A stretch of 64,000 nt of DNA from Amphiscolops sp. MND2022. Lineage: Eukaryota. Below are positions 24,758 through 35,313 of this stretch, one piece after another; positions within the stretch are counted from its first letter, which is position 1, and the number at the start of each line of letters is the position of its first letter. Where the stretch lies: positions 41,106,001-41,170,000 of the forward strand of contig OZ076421.1 in NCBI GenBank assembly GCA_964187785.1, written 5' to 3'. The position numbers were made by a program, and so were the translations under genes. The notes beneath the pieces were generated by a model. The model did no database searches. It was not told where the DNA came from and was given only the letters and a program-made list of their open reading frames with translations.

Positions 24758-25777
24758 ATGGCCTTACTTAAAAAGAAAGTTAGGAAAAACTTGAGGAGGC
24801 TCGCGGCTATATAATCCCGCGAACCTGCTTCCCGCAAAACCGAAGAAGACCCAAGGTCTATTCGGCTACATAAAGTCATTCTACCCATTTCTGAAGTTAG
24901 GATTCAGTTCAAACCGCAATCATTGCCAAGAAAATCTTATTGTTACGATTTCAGAGCGAAATGTCTTTGCAATTCGACGTTGAAGAATTCATTAGACCCT
25001 TAGTCAGACTCAGAAGAGGACATGGAAGTCGACTCCGACTCAGTAACTTTTATAGAGCAAGAACAGGATGCGGATAGCGACATAGAAGTGATCGCCTGTT
25101 ACAGGGAAGCTCCAGTTTACCAACCACAGCTGGCAGGACGGCGAGCATTGACCTTTGATCTCGGCACATGTGGTGAGGAAGAAACTCATCATACATATGG
25201 ACCGTCGGGATCAATCAGTTCAACGTTTGATCCATCGGACAGCCTGGTTAACTGGCTCGTTGGGAGCCCCCCTTTTCGTACGCATACAACAAATGATCCT
25301 AATCATCGTATGGCGAATTGCAGCCATTTGGAGCCAAGACCCTACTCACCAATGTCACCTCCGCTAATCGATCAGGGACCAGCCGGAAACAATAGTCATG
25401 ACCAATGGTCGGAAGAGCTACAGCAAGTCAATTCGTGGATGTCCAACCCGCATGTTACTGGGCTTGCGATAAGCGCTAGCGGCCTCTGCGGAGAGCCGAA
25501 TTACTTCCAGCGAGGCGATTGTACAGTGTGCGGCAAATCATTTGCGACTATACAAGAAGAGATCATCCTTGGATATTTAATAAAGACACATGTTCCGTAA
25601 GAAACTTATGTGCAGCGAATACGTAGAAGGAAATCCTTATTAGCCGGAATGAGCGCAGGCAGTGTCATTCTAGTCCCTGGGGGAGTGTCGCAGGCTACCG
25701 CCTGCGATGGCATTTTGTACCAAATACCAGCAGAAGACAACGCATCCAACCCTGCACCAGGAGTGCTGCCAATATGA
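24758..25777 (+). pseudogene. 340-codon sense accessory ORF of unknown function with three in-frame stops
   Basis: ATG 24758 is in frame with ORF 25022-25600 and with TGA 25775-25777; basic N-terminus (MALLKKKVRKNLRR), acidic stretch, LCG...DCTVCGK cysteine cluster. Confidence 0.6.
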
Positions 25778-26630
25778 AACGTAAAGACCTTGAGTACAAC
25801 GGACTACAGACGACACAGCATAATGGTAAACTATCATGAATTTTATCCGTAAAACACCTTAGGTCGATTTGACTACAATAAACTTTTGAATTCAATTTGA
25901 TAATTGCATGCATTATAAAATATTTTAATAACATTTGTTTGCTATCTGTGTTTGCAATACCTGTTCTCAGTTACTAGTGATGTGATAATTCAACGATTAA
26001 TCAAGGTGATTTGATAACAATGTGTTAACGTAAGCTCAGCATTTAAATTAGAAAGCGAGTAAGCACAAAACAAGAAACGAGTTCAAATGATCGTTTCCTG
26101 TAGCTAGCTGTACACGCGGTCCAACGATGCATCAACCAATCATAGTGCAGTACAAATGCAAATTCAGTCTAGCCGCGTGGACCACGAGTCCACATTGGTA
26201 TTACTTAGCTTTGCTCTATTACTAAGGAATGACGTACTGTAGCTGCGCGGACCAAAGGTCCGCTGTAAATTACTAGCGCAAATGATAATTTAGGTGTATT
26301 GTCATATGAACATTTAGCCTGTGTGTATGTTATTTAGTTTGGTTGTAATATTACCTGGTAATATATTTGAATGGAAGGTAGAGTTTGAAGTGCATGTATT
26401 TGTACTATTATGCGGACTCACATCCATATTCTTACCCAACACAGACCTTAAGGCTATGCCGCCTTGCTCCCCCCAAAGTCACTTTGATGCTTTTTTTACC
26501 AATGATCACTTTATGACGTAATGTTGATGTAACTGCTGTTTACTATTTTTAGCTCAATCAATACCTATTTTAAGTAACATGACACCCTAAATTTAACAAG
26601 TCATGCCGTACAATGTATAAATAGGAGGGA

Positions 26631-26738
26631 CGTCAGGTCCCGAGGATCATTCTTGCAATACTTGATGTAACTGCTACACTCACTAATTCATCACATATTG
26701 TTTTGTCATATGATTGATTGAAATTTGTTACAATAACG
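26631..26738 (+). repeat. Putative short LTR of Gypsy family 2, after PPT (26619-26630) and before a PBS-like motif
   Basis: aaataggaggga then CGTcagg...aataACG, then ttgtcaagccaa and a gag-like ATG at 26779. No second LTR in the window to confirm the boundaries. Confidence 0.45.
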
Positions 26739-26778
26739 TTTGTCAAGCCAATACATTGTTGAATCAATCAGTTCTTCG

Positions 26779-27060
26779 ATGCCGTCAACTAGAAAGCAAA
26801 ATGCAAAGGAGCGTCGCTCTAGACAGTTGGACATGTTGTCCGACGTTGAAAACGTTGATATATTGCTAGGGAGTTACTCTAGAGATGATGAGGAGAACAA
26901 TGCTAGTGGAAATGAAGTAAATTTGGACTCAGGGTCCAGTCGGTCACAGCAGAATTCAAATGTGATAGAGGAGGATCTTTGCTCAATACAAAAAGTAGGG
27001 AAAACCGTGGAATCACGATTTAAACCACTAGGATGATTAGTGAAGAAATTTGTCCGAAGC
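26779..27060 (+). pseudogene. gag-like N-terminal fragment
   Basis: MPSTRKQNAKERRSRQLDMLSDVENVDILLG... starts 40 nt after the putative LTR; truncated. Confidence 0.55.
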
Positions 27061-27259
27061 TGAAAACACTCAGAAAACATGGGAAAACCACCCAAGAAAG
27101 TGTTTTCTACAGGAAAAGAGTAGACTAACGTCTCGTCAGAGTTCAGTAGACTCTGATAATAGCGAACAAAATCGCGACAGGCAGATGGACCCGTCGCTTC
27201 AAGATCGTCCATTGGAAATTTATTGATCTTGTGACTCTAAAAAAATGACGTGACTGTAT

Positions 27260-29050
27260 TGTGCGGTACTAAGGCAATCAATGGCAGTTTGTTCGCGCGT
27301 TTTAGTTGACATTGGTTGGGTGTTGGTTTTGCGCGACTTTGTGTTTCTTATCGTGGTCTCCGATTAGTCAGTGTGGTTGCTAAAGTAGCTGTTCTTGGAT
27401 TGGAGATATAATTGTAGTCCAGTCCTATGCTCTTAACTATGTGTTCTTGTCGTTTGCGTCATCCGCTCGGGGAGGATAGAGACAAATTTCTATTTATGTA
27501 GTCCCTGAGTGCTAAGTGTTTGCCAGCTATACAGTTTACTTACTTTTCTTTAATATTGTGCTAATCGGTCCATTCATCTTGTTAACAGCTCGTTATGTTT
27601 CATTAGATCGATTCCGTTCAAACAATGGTGACTCCTGTGCTTGATGATCCGTTATTATATGTTTTCATTTTTTCGTAAATGTATAAACGGAAATAATATA
27701 ATCCCCAGACTACTGCTACTAGTTTGAGTTTGTTCATTGCGCAATTCTTCCCGTATCAAAAAGGATACCGTTGTAAATCCAATCGGTTTTAGGTTACCGG
27801 TGGTTCCAATTAGACTCATTAATTTTAAATAGCTTCCGTTTTCTTCCCGTTTGGGCTGAAATCTTCTCGACGTTTTTGGGCTAATACTGGATTGCCCTGA
27901 AGAGGAATTGATCTATCGTATGAACTATACATTGAACTTCTTTTTGGAGAACTTGGATTTCTTTCCATTCAACCTATATCATTTTTTTTCTAAACTTGAC
28001 GAAACATCCACAAACTAATTGGTTGGTGTTTTTCTTTTGGAAACTATGTTACCACAATATCAAGGCCTCACGGATATTAGTTCTCGAGCGTCTGATCGGT
28101 TTTTTCTTGGAATGTGATTTGCATTTCGGCCATCCGCAATATTTTTGAAAATGCGGGAGAGTAATTCTTTCTAGTGCCATTCTTTTTACAGTATTTTCTT
28201 TCAGCTCACGTGAGTCAAGTTCAATATTTGCGATGCTTTTTTCGATTGTAAAGGCTGGGCTTACGGAGCAGTTCTCATTTCTAGTTTTGGACATGCTATT
28301 ATGGGCTTGTATTTTCAGTTTTCTTGGCCTATTTTCCTATTCAGGGTTTTATTTGGCTGAGGATCGGTCCAAAGGTATTTCAGCTTTCCTGCAATCAGGT
28401 TCGAAAATGGTTTGTACTTTTCCTTGTGATTGGGATCTTCAGTTGTTTGTTTTTAACGTCCATTCGCCTTACATTGGTCTTTGTTTTACTTTCGAATTTT
28501 GCGTTGTAATAGTTCACATCCCGACATTCTTTTGTGAGTGGAATATTGGTGTCATATTGTCGATTTCTGACTTCGGAAGTAAACTAACTATTGAGCAGCT
28601 GTCGATAATGTATTTGGTTGTTCAGTATAACTAACCAATGCAAATATAGTATTAAACAGTGGTCCGTGTCTGCTATCCTTTTCATTTTCTTGAACCGAAT
28701 GGATTACGTCTAGTGTCCTATCAACTTCTTCCCCACACGTTCTTCTTCCGTTATGTGGTTAACCTCCCAAGGTGATCGGCAACATTTTTCGGAAAGGCCG
28801 GGTTTTCCGCATTTTCCTATTGCAGGGCATTAAGGTTGTTTTGTCCACTTTGGTGCACCACTTCTGATGCAGGACATCCTGTCGGATTTTTTTTCTGGTG
28901 ACTCGTTTAGCTCTTAGTGCATATATTCATGTATAGCGTCTACCGACAAACCGCTTTTTCCGATCCGGGATAGAAAGTTTGCTCTACTATACTATACGTT
29001 TCTTCCCTGGGGTAAAGTGTAGTCGGAATCAGGCATATACTATGTGCAAC
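27260..29050 (-). mobile_element. Patchwork of decayed minus-strand Gypsy (family-1-like) gag/RT/RNase H/3' fragments
   Basis: Minus strand shows NLKPIG... and LA..LxxY..RN segments similar to the RNase H region at 700-1050, plus gag-like pieces; no long ORF. Confidence 0.55.
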
Positions 29051-29081
29051 GGCAAAGAACTCGGTTCCCATTCGTGAACTG

Positions 29082-29520
29082 TTTTTAGTCGGCGCATTTT
29101 AGTAGAAAATGTACCCGACTCTTACAGTGGGTAGTTTTTTTAGACGCATAAGGTCCACTTTTTTGTTCATTCGTTCAACAACGTCAAACCTCAACAACTT
29201 CAAACCACAACTCCAACCTCAGAAGCGCGTCCAAAACGAAAAGAAAAAACAAAACAGACGTCCAGAACCTCGAAAACACACTAAGAATCCCCACATAGCC
29301 CCACTTTTTTCGGCACTATGAGAATTTTTGAAACTTTTTGGATTGCACCAATGGGTCACCCCTTCATTTGTTTCGATATTTTGCAACACAATGGATGTCG
29401 AAAAATCGCAAAGGGTCCCCCCTTTTACATTTTTCGGCACTGTGACACTGTTCAAAAATCTCATTTTTAAAATTTTTTTGGGAAATTTTTTCATGTCCCC
29501 AAAGGCTTGTTTTTCAATTC
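29082..29520 (+). mobile_element. HINE-like element, copy 3 (3' end missing)
   Basis: gtttttAGTCGGCGC...CCCGACTcttacagtg same as at 6387-6436; aagggtcccc internal repeats; no 3' subTIR found. Confidence 0.65.
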
Positions 29521-29715
29521 CGTGATGGCATTTTGGCCAATGGCCCAAGGAACATGTCATTTACTCCTTTAGTTGTTCACGGTGTTGTGGCAGTATTCCG
29601 CGCGTGTGTATTCGTCCTTGTTGAAATGCCGATGTCTTTGAACTGGGGCTGTTGTGCTTTTTCAGGCTTGAAATAGTCAATAGGTTTGCATGTAGTGACA
29701 CCTGTGTTTCGTTAG

Positions 29716-29785
29716 ATAATAACTTTCTACTTGTGTTCCCCATAGCTTATAATAACTTCCTACTTGTCGTGTTCCCCATAGCTTG
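29716..29785. repeat. Two-copy ~35-38 bp tandem repeat within a Gypsy gag-like relic (29560-29990, minus)
   Basis: ataataactttctacttgtgttccccatagctt followed by ataataacttcctacttgtcgtgttccccatagctt. Confidence 0.8.
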
Positions 29786-30727
29786 TGAAGATGATCTTTT
29801 GCGCTGCGGTGTGGTTTCGATTTCCTTCCATTTCTGGTGTAACTGGTTCTATTAAATAGTTCTTGCTAACCGTGGGTTAGCTTGACTGCGCCATATTGTA
29901 ACTCGTGTCTTCACAACATAGTTTTTCAAGACTGTCCTTTTGCTGTTCAACGTTCATTTCAATAAACTTGTAGAATATGTTCTAGTATAAGAACTAGAAA
30001 AATTTTTGAAAATTTTTAAACCAGACCTTGCTAGCTCGAATATGAAATGTTCATACGACACTAAAACTTATCAACCTGGAGCAATTTTCTTGACCCAATT
30101 TTTCATACAAATTTGACTCTTTGGACCTTTTCGGAAAGTCGTAGGTGGTTTCCGGAGCAAATAACTCGAAAACAGTCGGAAAATATTCACCCACTGGAAA
30201 AATGACGAGAAACGAACTTATGTTCCATAAGAATATACGTAGTTTTTCGTTCAACTTTTTTACAAACTCAGAATAAAGACTCAAACAGTGGACAAATGTA
30301 AAAGTTTTAGCTCGATAACGACTTCTTCATAATATGTTTTTAAAACGAGCTTTTCAAACAGCAAAAATGGAGACAGCTAATACCCTCACACCACTCATGT
30401 CATCTCAATTTGCTTTCTGTATACTGAGACTGCATTGATAACAGGGAACATAATTAATTCTAGACTATTCAATGGAAATACGTCATCTTCCCTTTTTGTT
30501 GGTCTTACAAGAAATTCGGAATGTTTTTCAAATTGAAGTTGAGCATAATCTTTCATTCCAAACATTTGGTACAGAGCAATCGACAAGTGTCCCTTCAGGG
30601 ACGAATTTAGAAGCCACACGCTGAACTACGTTTTTTAGTGTGGCAGTTGTTCTGTCCTGTAATCATTTAGTGATTGTACAACAACCTGGTTTTTGTAACT
30701 AAATGTTTCCTTTATTTTAGATACAAT

Positions 30728-30771
30728 GTTAACTGATGATGAATGATGTTACATTCGAAAAGCTTTTTAAT
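30728..30771 (+). ncRNA. Minimal type I hammerhead ribozyme motif in the left terminal repeat
   Basis: Stem I GTTAA/TTAAT; core CTGATGA; extra T; stem II GAATG-atgtta-CATTC; GAAA; palindromic stem III AAGCTT; putative UUU cleavage triplet. Confidence 0.65.
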
Positions 30772-33189
30772 TCAACACTTGTCTTTCTATTCCTCAATTT
30801 TACAATATCAAGTGTGTTACCCCGAAGATTCTTATACTGGGAATTGGCAAGGCGTGATGTACTGAAGCAATACCGCGCCTATGAAAAGAAATACATTCAG
30901 TTACAACTTTCGATACAACGGATACGTTTTTTGGAGTCATGTGTTTCTCTTCGTCTTATCCCGAGGTTCTTGAAGTTCAGGGTCCCGGCCAATGGATGTT
31001 TTAACGAATCGACTGTCCTGAGCTTCCAAAGAAAACTATTGCAACAAGAGCTGAAGAAGGTAAAGGACGATCAGAAACGTGTTGAAGTAGAGCTGAAAGG
31101 ACGAAGGGATGCGGTGAAATTTGACGTGCCTAAAAAATTACATCCTTCATTGTGGTTTCATTTGAAAGAAGTGTGCAAAAAACGCGTACAGGAGGCTAAA
31201 GCAAGGCACCAACGAAAAATTGAAAATGTCAGTGCTATGCAAGATAAGCCCCTTTTGAACACAACCGGCTATCTGACAATCCTAGACGACATTAAAGTAC
31301 CTGATTATGTACGTGAGTTGCTCAGATATGGACCCAAACACCCATGTCGGACCTCTTTTCAAGAAGAACAGTTTTTGGCCAACATAGACCTACTGTTGGA
31401 GAGAGCTTCCAAAGAAAAATTACATCAGGATGCTCTCAATAAAATCAATGCCCTCACTGTGGGGTATGTAATGAATTGCAAGTATAAAAAGCCTGATAAA
31501 AACATCAAAAGTACCAGACAGTGGTTGAAAGACCAGGGCATCTTGGCAGTGCCGTATGACAAGGGTACCGGTTTTTGCCTTATGAAAGCTGAGACATACA
31601 ATCATAAGGTCAAGAAATTGTTTGAAGGCCCCCAGTTTGTCCCTTTGGCACCAAAGAAAAAAGATCTGACGTTAACCGAGGAAGATCGTGTTTGCAATGT
31701 GCTTAAAACGCTTCAGTCTGATGGGAAGATCGACAAAGAACTGTTTCAAGCAGTTAAACCCATTGGATCACAGCCTGCACGTTTCTATGGTCTCGCGAAG
31801 GTCCACAAGAAGGATATTCCGCTGCGACCGATCGTCTCAATGCCCGGATCAGCATACCACCCATTGGCAAAGCAGTTGGCAAAATGGATATCAAAGCTAC
31901 CGGAGGCCTCAATTTCTTGCAACGTTGGTCAGGTCATGCGACAACTCTCGGACATCCAACTTCAATCGGATGAACAGTTAGTTAGCTTGGATGTAGAGGG
32001 CCTTTTCACCAATGTCCCTGTCAACGAGGCCATCGCATACACAACCGAGCTTATGTATTCGCCTAACCACGACTTTGCACCACCAATTGATCAAGATACC
32101 TTTGCGAAGCTGCTGAAACTTGTATGTGTTGATGTGGTGTTCTCTAACCATCAAGGTTACTTCAAACAAGTGGACGGTGTAGCTATGGGCAGCCCCTTAG
32201 GTCCCCTTCTCGCAAATGTGTTCATGTCAAAATTTGACAAGGATCTAGGCCTCTTCAGTCCCTTCTATTATAGATATGTGGACGACATTCTGAGAACTAT
32301 GTTGAAAGGAGGAGAAGAGTACCTGCTGAATTTTGTGAACACAATGCATCCAAATCTCAAGTTTACATTGGAAAGTGAGGATAATGAAGGTGGACTATCA
32401 TTTTTGGACATGCGCGTGGAGCATGTTGGGAACAAAATCGAAGCCTCATGGTACACCAAAAAAACGGACACTGGTGTTGTTCTTAACTATAACAGCGAAG
32501 CACCAAACATTTTCAAGTCTGGCATCGTATCAGGTTTCGTACATCGCATTTTCAATACATGCTCTTCGTGGTCTAGATTTCACGATGGACTGATGAAAGC
32601 ACAGAAGATTTTACGTGACAATCAATATCCCACTGGTTTTATTGAAAAAATTACCAGTCACACCTTGGACAACATTTTGGCACCGGTGAAGCGTGGTCTT
32701 CCTGTGAAGCCGAATCGTCCGAAGGCTGATTTGAACATCGGTTTAAAGTTAATGTACAATGGGCCGTCATCCATTACCTTTGCCAAGAATCTGAAGAAGA
32801 CCCTAGAACCATTGGCATCACTCAATGTCTACTTTACCACCACGAAATTGATGTCGAACTTGCCTAGCCTGAAAGCAATTGTTCCTAAACCTATTCGGAG
32901 TCATCTTGTATACGAAATAAGTTGTTCTGCTTGCTGTGGAACCTATGTTGGACAAACCATCCGACATTTAGACGTCCGAATACGTGAACACAAGAACAAA
33001 AGCACGCCAGTGGGCCAACACTTCTCCAATTGTGGATTGAATTTGAGCTTGGAAGACGTGCGAATACTGGCAACTGAACAGCATCCCAAAACCCTATTGG
33101 CACTTGAAGCTGTACTCATTCGTAGAAAGAAGCCCAACCTCAACACGCGCGACGAATTTAGAAGCCACAAGCTGAACTACGTTTTTTAG
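30736..33189 (+). CDS. Penelope-like reverse transcriptase plus GIY-YIG endonuclease (817 aa, uninterrupted)
   Basis: YGLAKVHK, LVSLDVEGLFTNVP, GVAMGSPLGP, YYRYVDDI (PLE RT); VYEISCSACCGTYVGQTIR..RIREH and LEA..I...KPNLN (GIY-YIG). Confidence 0.95.
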   Translation: MMNDVTFEKLFNSTLVFLFLNFTISSVLPRRFLYWELARRDVLKQYRAYEKKYIQLQLSIQRIRFLESCVSLRLIPRFLKFRVPANGCFNESTVLSFQRKLLQQELKKVKDDQKRVEVELKGRRDAVKFDVPKKLHPSLWFHLKEVCKKRVQEAKARHQRKIENVSAMQDKPLLNTTGYLTILDDIKVPDYVRELLRYGPKHPCRTSFQEEQFLANIDLLLERASKEKLHQDALNKINALTVGYVMNCKYKKPDKNIKSTRQWLKDQGILAVPYDKGTGFCLMKAETYNHKVKKLFEGPQFVPLAPKKKDLTLTEEDRVCNVLKTLQSDGKIDKELFQAVKPIGSQPARFYGLAKVHKKDIPLRPIVSMPGSAYHPLAKQLAKWISKLPEASISCNVGQVMRQLSDIQLQSDEQLVSLDVEGLFTNVPVNEAIAYTTELMYSPNHDFAPPIDQDTFAKLLKLVCVDVVFSNHQGYFKQVDGVAMGSPLGPLLANVFMSKFDKDLGLFSPFYYRYVDDILRTMLKGGEEYLLNFVNTMHPNLKFTLESEDNEGGLSFLDMRVEHVGNKIEASWYTKKTDTGVVLNYNSEAPNIFKSGIVSGFVHRIFNTCSSWSRFHDGLMKAQKILRDNQYPTGFIEKITSHTLDNILAPVKRGLPVKPNRPKADLNIGLKLMYNGPSSITFAKNLKKTLEPLASLNVYFTTTKLMSNLPSLKAIVPKPIRSHLVYEISCSACCGTYVGQTIRHLDVRIREHKNKSTPVGQHFSNCGLNLSLEDVRILATEQHPKTLLALEAVLIRRKKPNLNTRDEFRSHKLNYVF

Positions 33190-33278
33190 TGTGGCAGTTG
33201 TTCTGTCCTGTAATCATTTAGTGATTGTACAACAACCTGGTTTTTGTAACTAAATGTTTCCTTTATTTTAGATACAAT

Positions 33279-33322
33279 GTTAACTGATGATGAATGATGT
33301 TACATTCGAAAAGCTTTTCAAT
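33279..33322 (+). ncRNA. Hammerhead ribozyme motif in the right terminal repeat
   Basis: Same motif; one T>C change weakens stem I and creates the perfect palindrome GAAAAGCTTTTC. Confidence 0.55.
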
Positions 33323-33696
33323 TCAACACTTGTCTTTCTATTCCTCAATCCCTTCAGGGACTTTCAAAAAACCATGTGTATTATTTTGTCCTAAGTTCTA
33401 TATTTCCTGAGGAAAAAACATGAAAGGGAAATATGAATTTCAGAAATCAATCATTTCAAAATTTGTATATTCGTGTCGCTGATAGAGATAATATACTTAT
33501 AAGAGTAAAGGCGCATTGATAGAACAAATCACTGAATTTCGTGGAACTTGCGAAGATCCTTAGAATCTATTCATCAGCAATACCAATAAATATGGAAATA
33601 ATGATGAGGATTATTACAGAGTGTAACAGTTGAGAATTTGCAAAGAATTCAGGTTCAATTCCACCTGTTCACTTAGAAGAAAAATATTTCAAAAAA

Positions 33697-35244
33697 TCAA
33701 TCAAAAACAGTTCCCGGCAAAGTAGTCAAAGCTGATTTCAATTGATGGGTAGTGAACTCATGGGACCACTGAGTTGAAAAAACAACCGTTGAAGCGTCTA
33801 CACGATCTTTGCTCGGCATTTGACTTCCAATTCGTTTCAAAATTTCATCTTCTGGAACTTCAGGGTTGCGAACTTTAACTCTTTGAGCTGCAACTTTCTC
33901 AGGAACAATACAAGTCCAGACTTCATGACAATATTTATTCCAACCTGCTTCCAGAAGCAGAGCTGCGTCAATAAAAATCAACTTCGAACCTTGTTGAGCT
34001 GTCGACTTTATGATGTCTTCAATTTTATCAGCAATAACTGGCCACACTATAGAATTCAATTTCTCTAACTTCGCCTTGTCACTGAAAACTAAACTGCCTA
34101 GAACTCTACGATTAACTTCTTCACCTCCATTGGCATTTAGAGAGATGACAGATTCGCCGAATGCATTTCTAATTTCTTCTAGCGCTGTGGAACCACTTTG
34201 ATAAGCTTCGTGACCCAGTTTGTCACAATTTATAATGTGGGTTCTGTCTCCCAGGGTATTCATGATTTTTTCAGCCAATGAGGTCTTTCCACAAGCAATG
34301 CCACCAGTTAACCCAACAACATACAGTCCCAAATCCTTGTCCGGTTTTAATGGACCAGCTATTCGTGTACCCAACATATGTTTACGAAAGTTAGATGATG
34401 AAAACTTGTTTTCAAGCTCTAAAAATTCATCCTGTTTTCGATTGTCTCCGACTAGATCAATTGTTTCTATCTGCAAAGAACTCATTCCAAGATCCAATCG
34501 TTTCTTGATAACAGCTTCTCCTCCTTTGATGGTTTCAACTGACACAACAATTGCGTCAAGATCAGTTTCACGTATTGAAGGACCAAACGCATCAGGCATT
34601 GCTTCAATAACTCTGGTTAAAGAAGGTTTCACTGATTCAATATATTCATCAACTGCAGCCACCCGGGTGAAAGCTGGATGGATCAGTTCCCAAAGGGTTT
34701 TCCGGTTTCTCACATAGCTGTCATCTGTTACACCAATTACAATTTTATTAAGCGCTAGAAAGGATGATATTGTTAATAAAATATCGTGGCCATAATGCAT
34801 ACGATCGAAGGTTCCGCCAAGGACAACTCCGTGATAACTCAAAGAAGAGACATCGGTTTTCTCAAGAACAGGCTCTTCGTTCAAGGATAAGTTAATCAGT
34901 TCCAGTGGTCGTTCGTCGTGCTTCAATTCATCGACAGCTCGAGGTGTTTGATCCACAGAATTAACAAATACAGTTGAAAAAGTACAGAAATTTGGCGATG
35001 TTTTCAACAAATCGAAGTCCTCCAAGAAAAACCGAAAACTGGCTGTGGCGGGTGATTTCGATCTGTAAGAATAAAAGTTATGAACTACTTTCTTGAAATC
35101 ATTGAAACAAATTTGGCGAGAGCAAACATCATCACACAAAAAGAACAGTTGATTGTGTCCCTTTCTTTTCACGGCGTCAAAAATGATCGCACAGTTTTCT
35201 TGTGTCAACTGTCGAGCTGTTCTAAGAAAACAAACAGCTTTCAT
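33697..35244 (-). CDS. COASY: Bifunctional coenzyme A synthase (PPAT plus dephospho-CoA kinase), 515 aa, uninterrupted CDS
   Basis: GGTFDRMHYGHDILL (HxGH nucleotidyltransferase), DAFGPSI, IVVSVETIKGG..., SSSNFR; GLTGGIACGKT P-loop, NCDKLGH..Y, NRRVLGSLVF, DAALLLEAGW, SQM (DPCK). Genuine ATG at 35244. Confidence 0.96.
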   Translation of the reverse strand: MKAVCFLRTARQLTQENCAIIFDAVKRKGHNQLFFLCDDVCSRQICFNDFKKVVHNFYSYRSKSPATASFRFFLEDFDLLKTSPNFCTFSTVFVNSVDQTPRAVDELKHDERPLELINLSLNEEPVLEKTDVSSLSYHGVVLGGTFDRMHYGHDILLTISSFLALNKIVIGVTDDSYVRNRKTLWELIHPAFTRVAAVDEYIESVKPSLTRVIEAMPDAFGPSIRETDLDAIVVSVETIKGGEAVIKKRLDLGMSSLQIETIDLVGDNRKQDEFLELENKFSSSNFRKHMLGTRIAGPLKPDKDLGLYVVGLTGGIACGKTSLAEKIMNTLGDRTHIINCDKLGHEAYQSGSTALEEIRNAFGESVISLNANGGEEVNRRVLGSLVFSDKAKLEKLNSIVWPVIADKIEDIIKSTAQQGSKLIFIDAALLLEAGWNKYCHEVWTCIVPEKVAAQRVKVRNPEVPEDEILKRIGSQMPSKDRVDASTVVFSTQWSHEFTTHQLKSALTTLPGTVFD

Positions 35245-35313
35245 GTTGCTACTGCAAAAAGTTCCGGAGATGTCCTCGCAATTTGGCTTTGTTGAGCATC
35301 TACAGAGTCCAAT

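Larger units (their letters stand above)
9395..26738 (+). mobile_element. Large Gypsy LTR retrotransposon (family 2), 5'-truncated, with ~7 kb accessory 3' region; interrupted by a BEL element
   Basis: pol 9395-12303 is followed without PPT/LTR by a convergent ORF; the first PPT plus LTR-like terminus lies at 26619-26738. The antisense gene reads in frame across the BEL insertion. Confidence 0.7.
30603..33349 (+). mobile_element. Intact Penelope-like element with 196-bp direct terminal repeats (30603-30798, 33154-33349) and 12-bp TSD
   Basis: The terminal repeats differ at 2 positions seen by eye and include the ORF 3' end; CCCTTCAGGGAC flanks both sides (30591-30602, 33350-33361). Confidence 0.93.
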
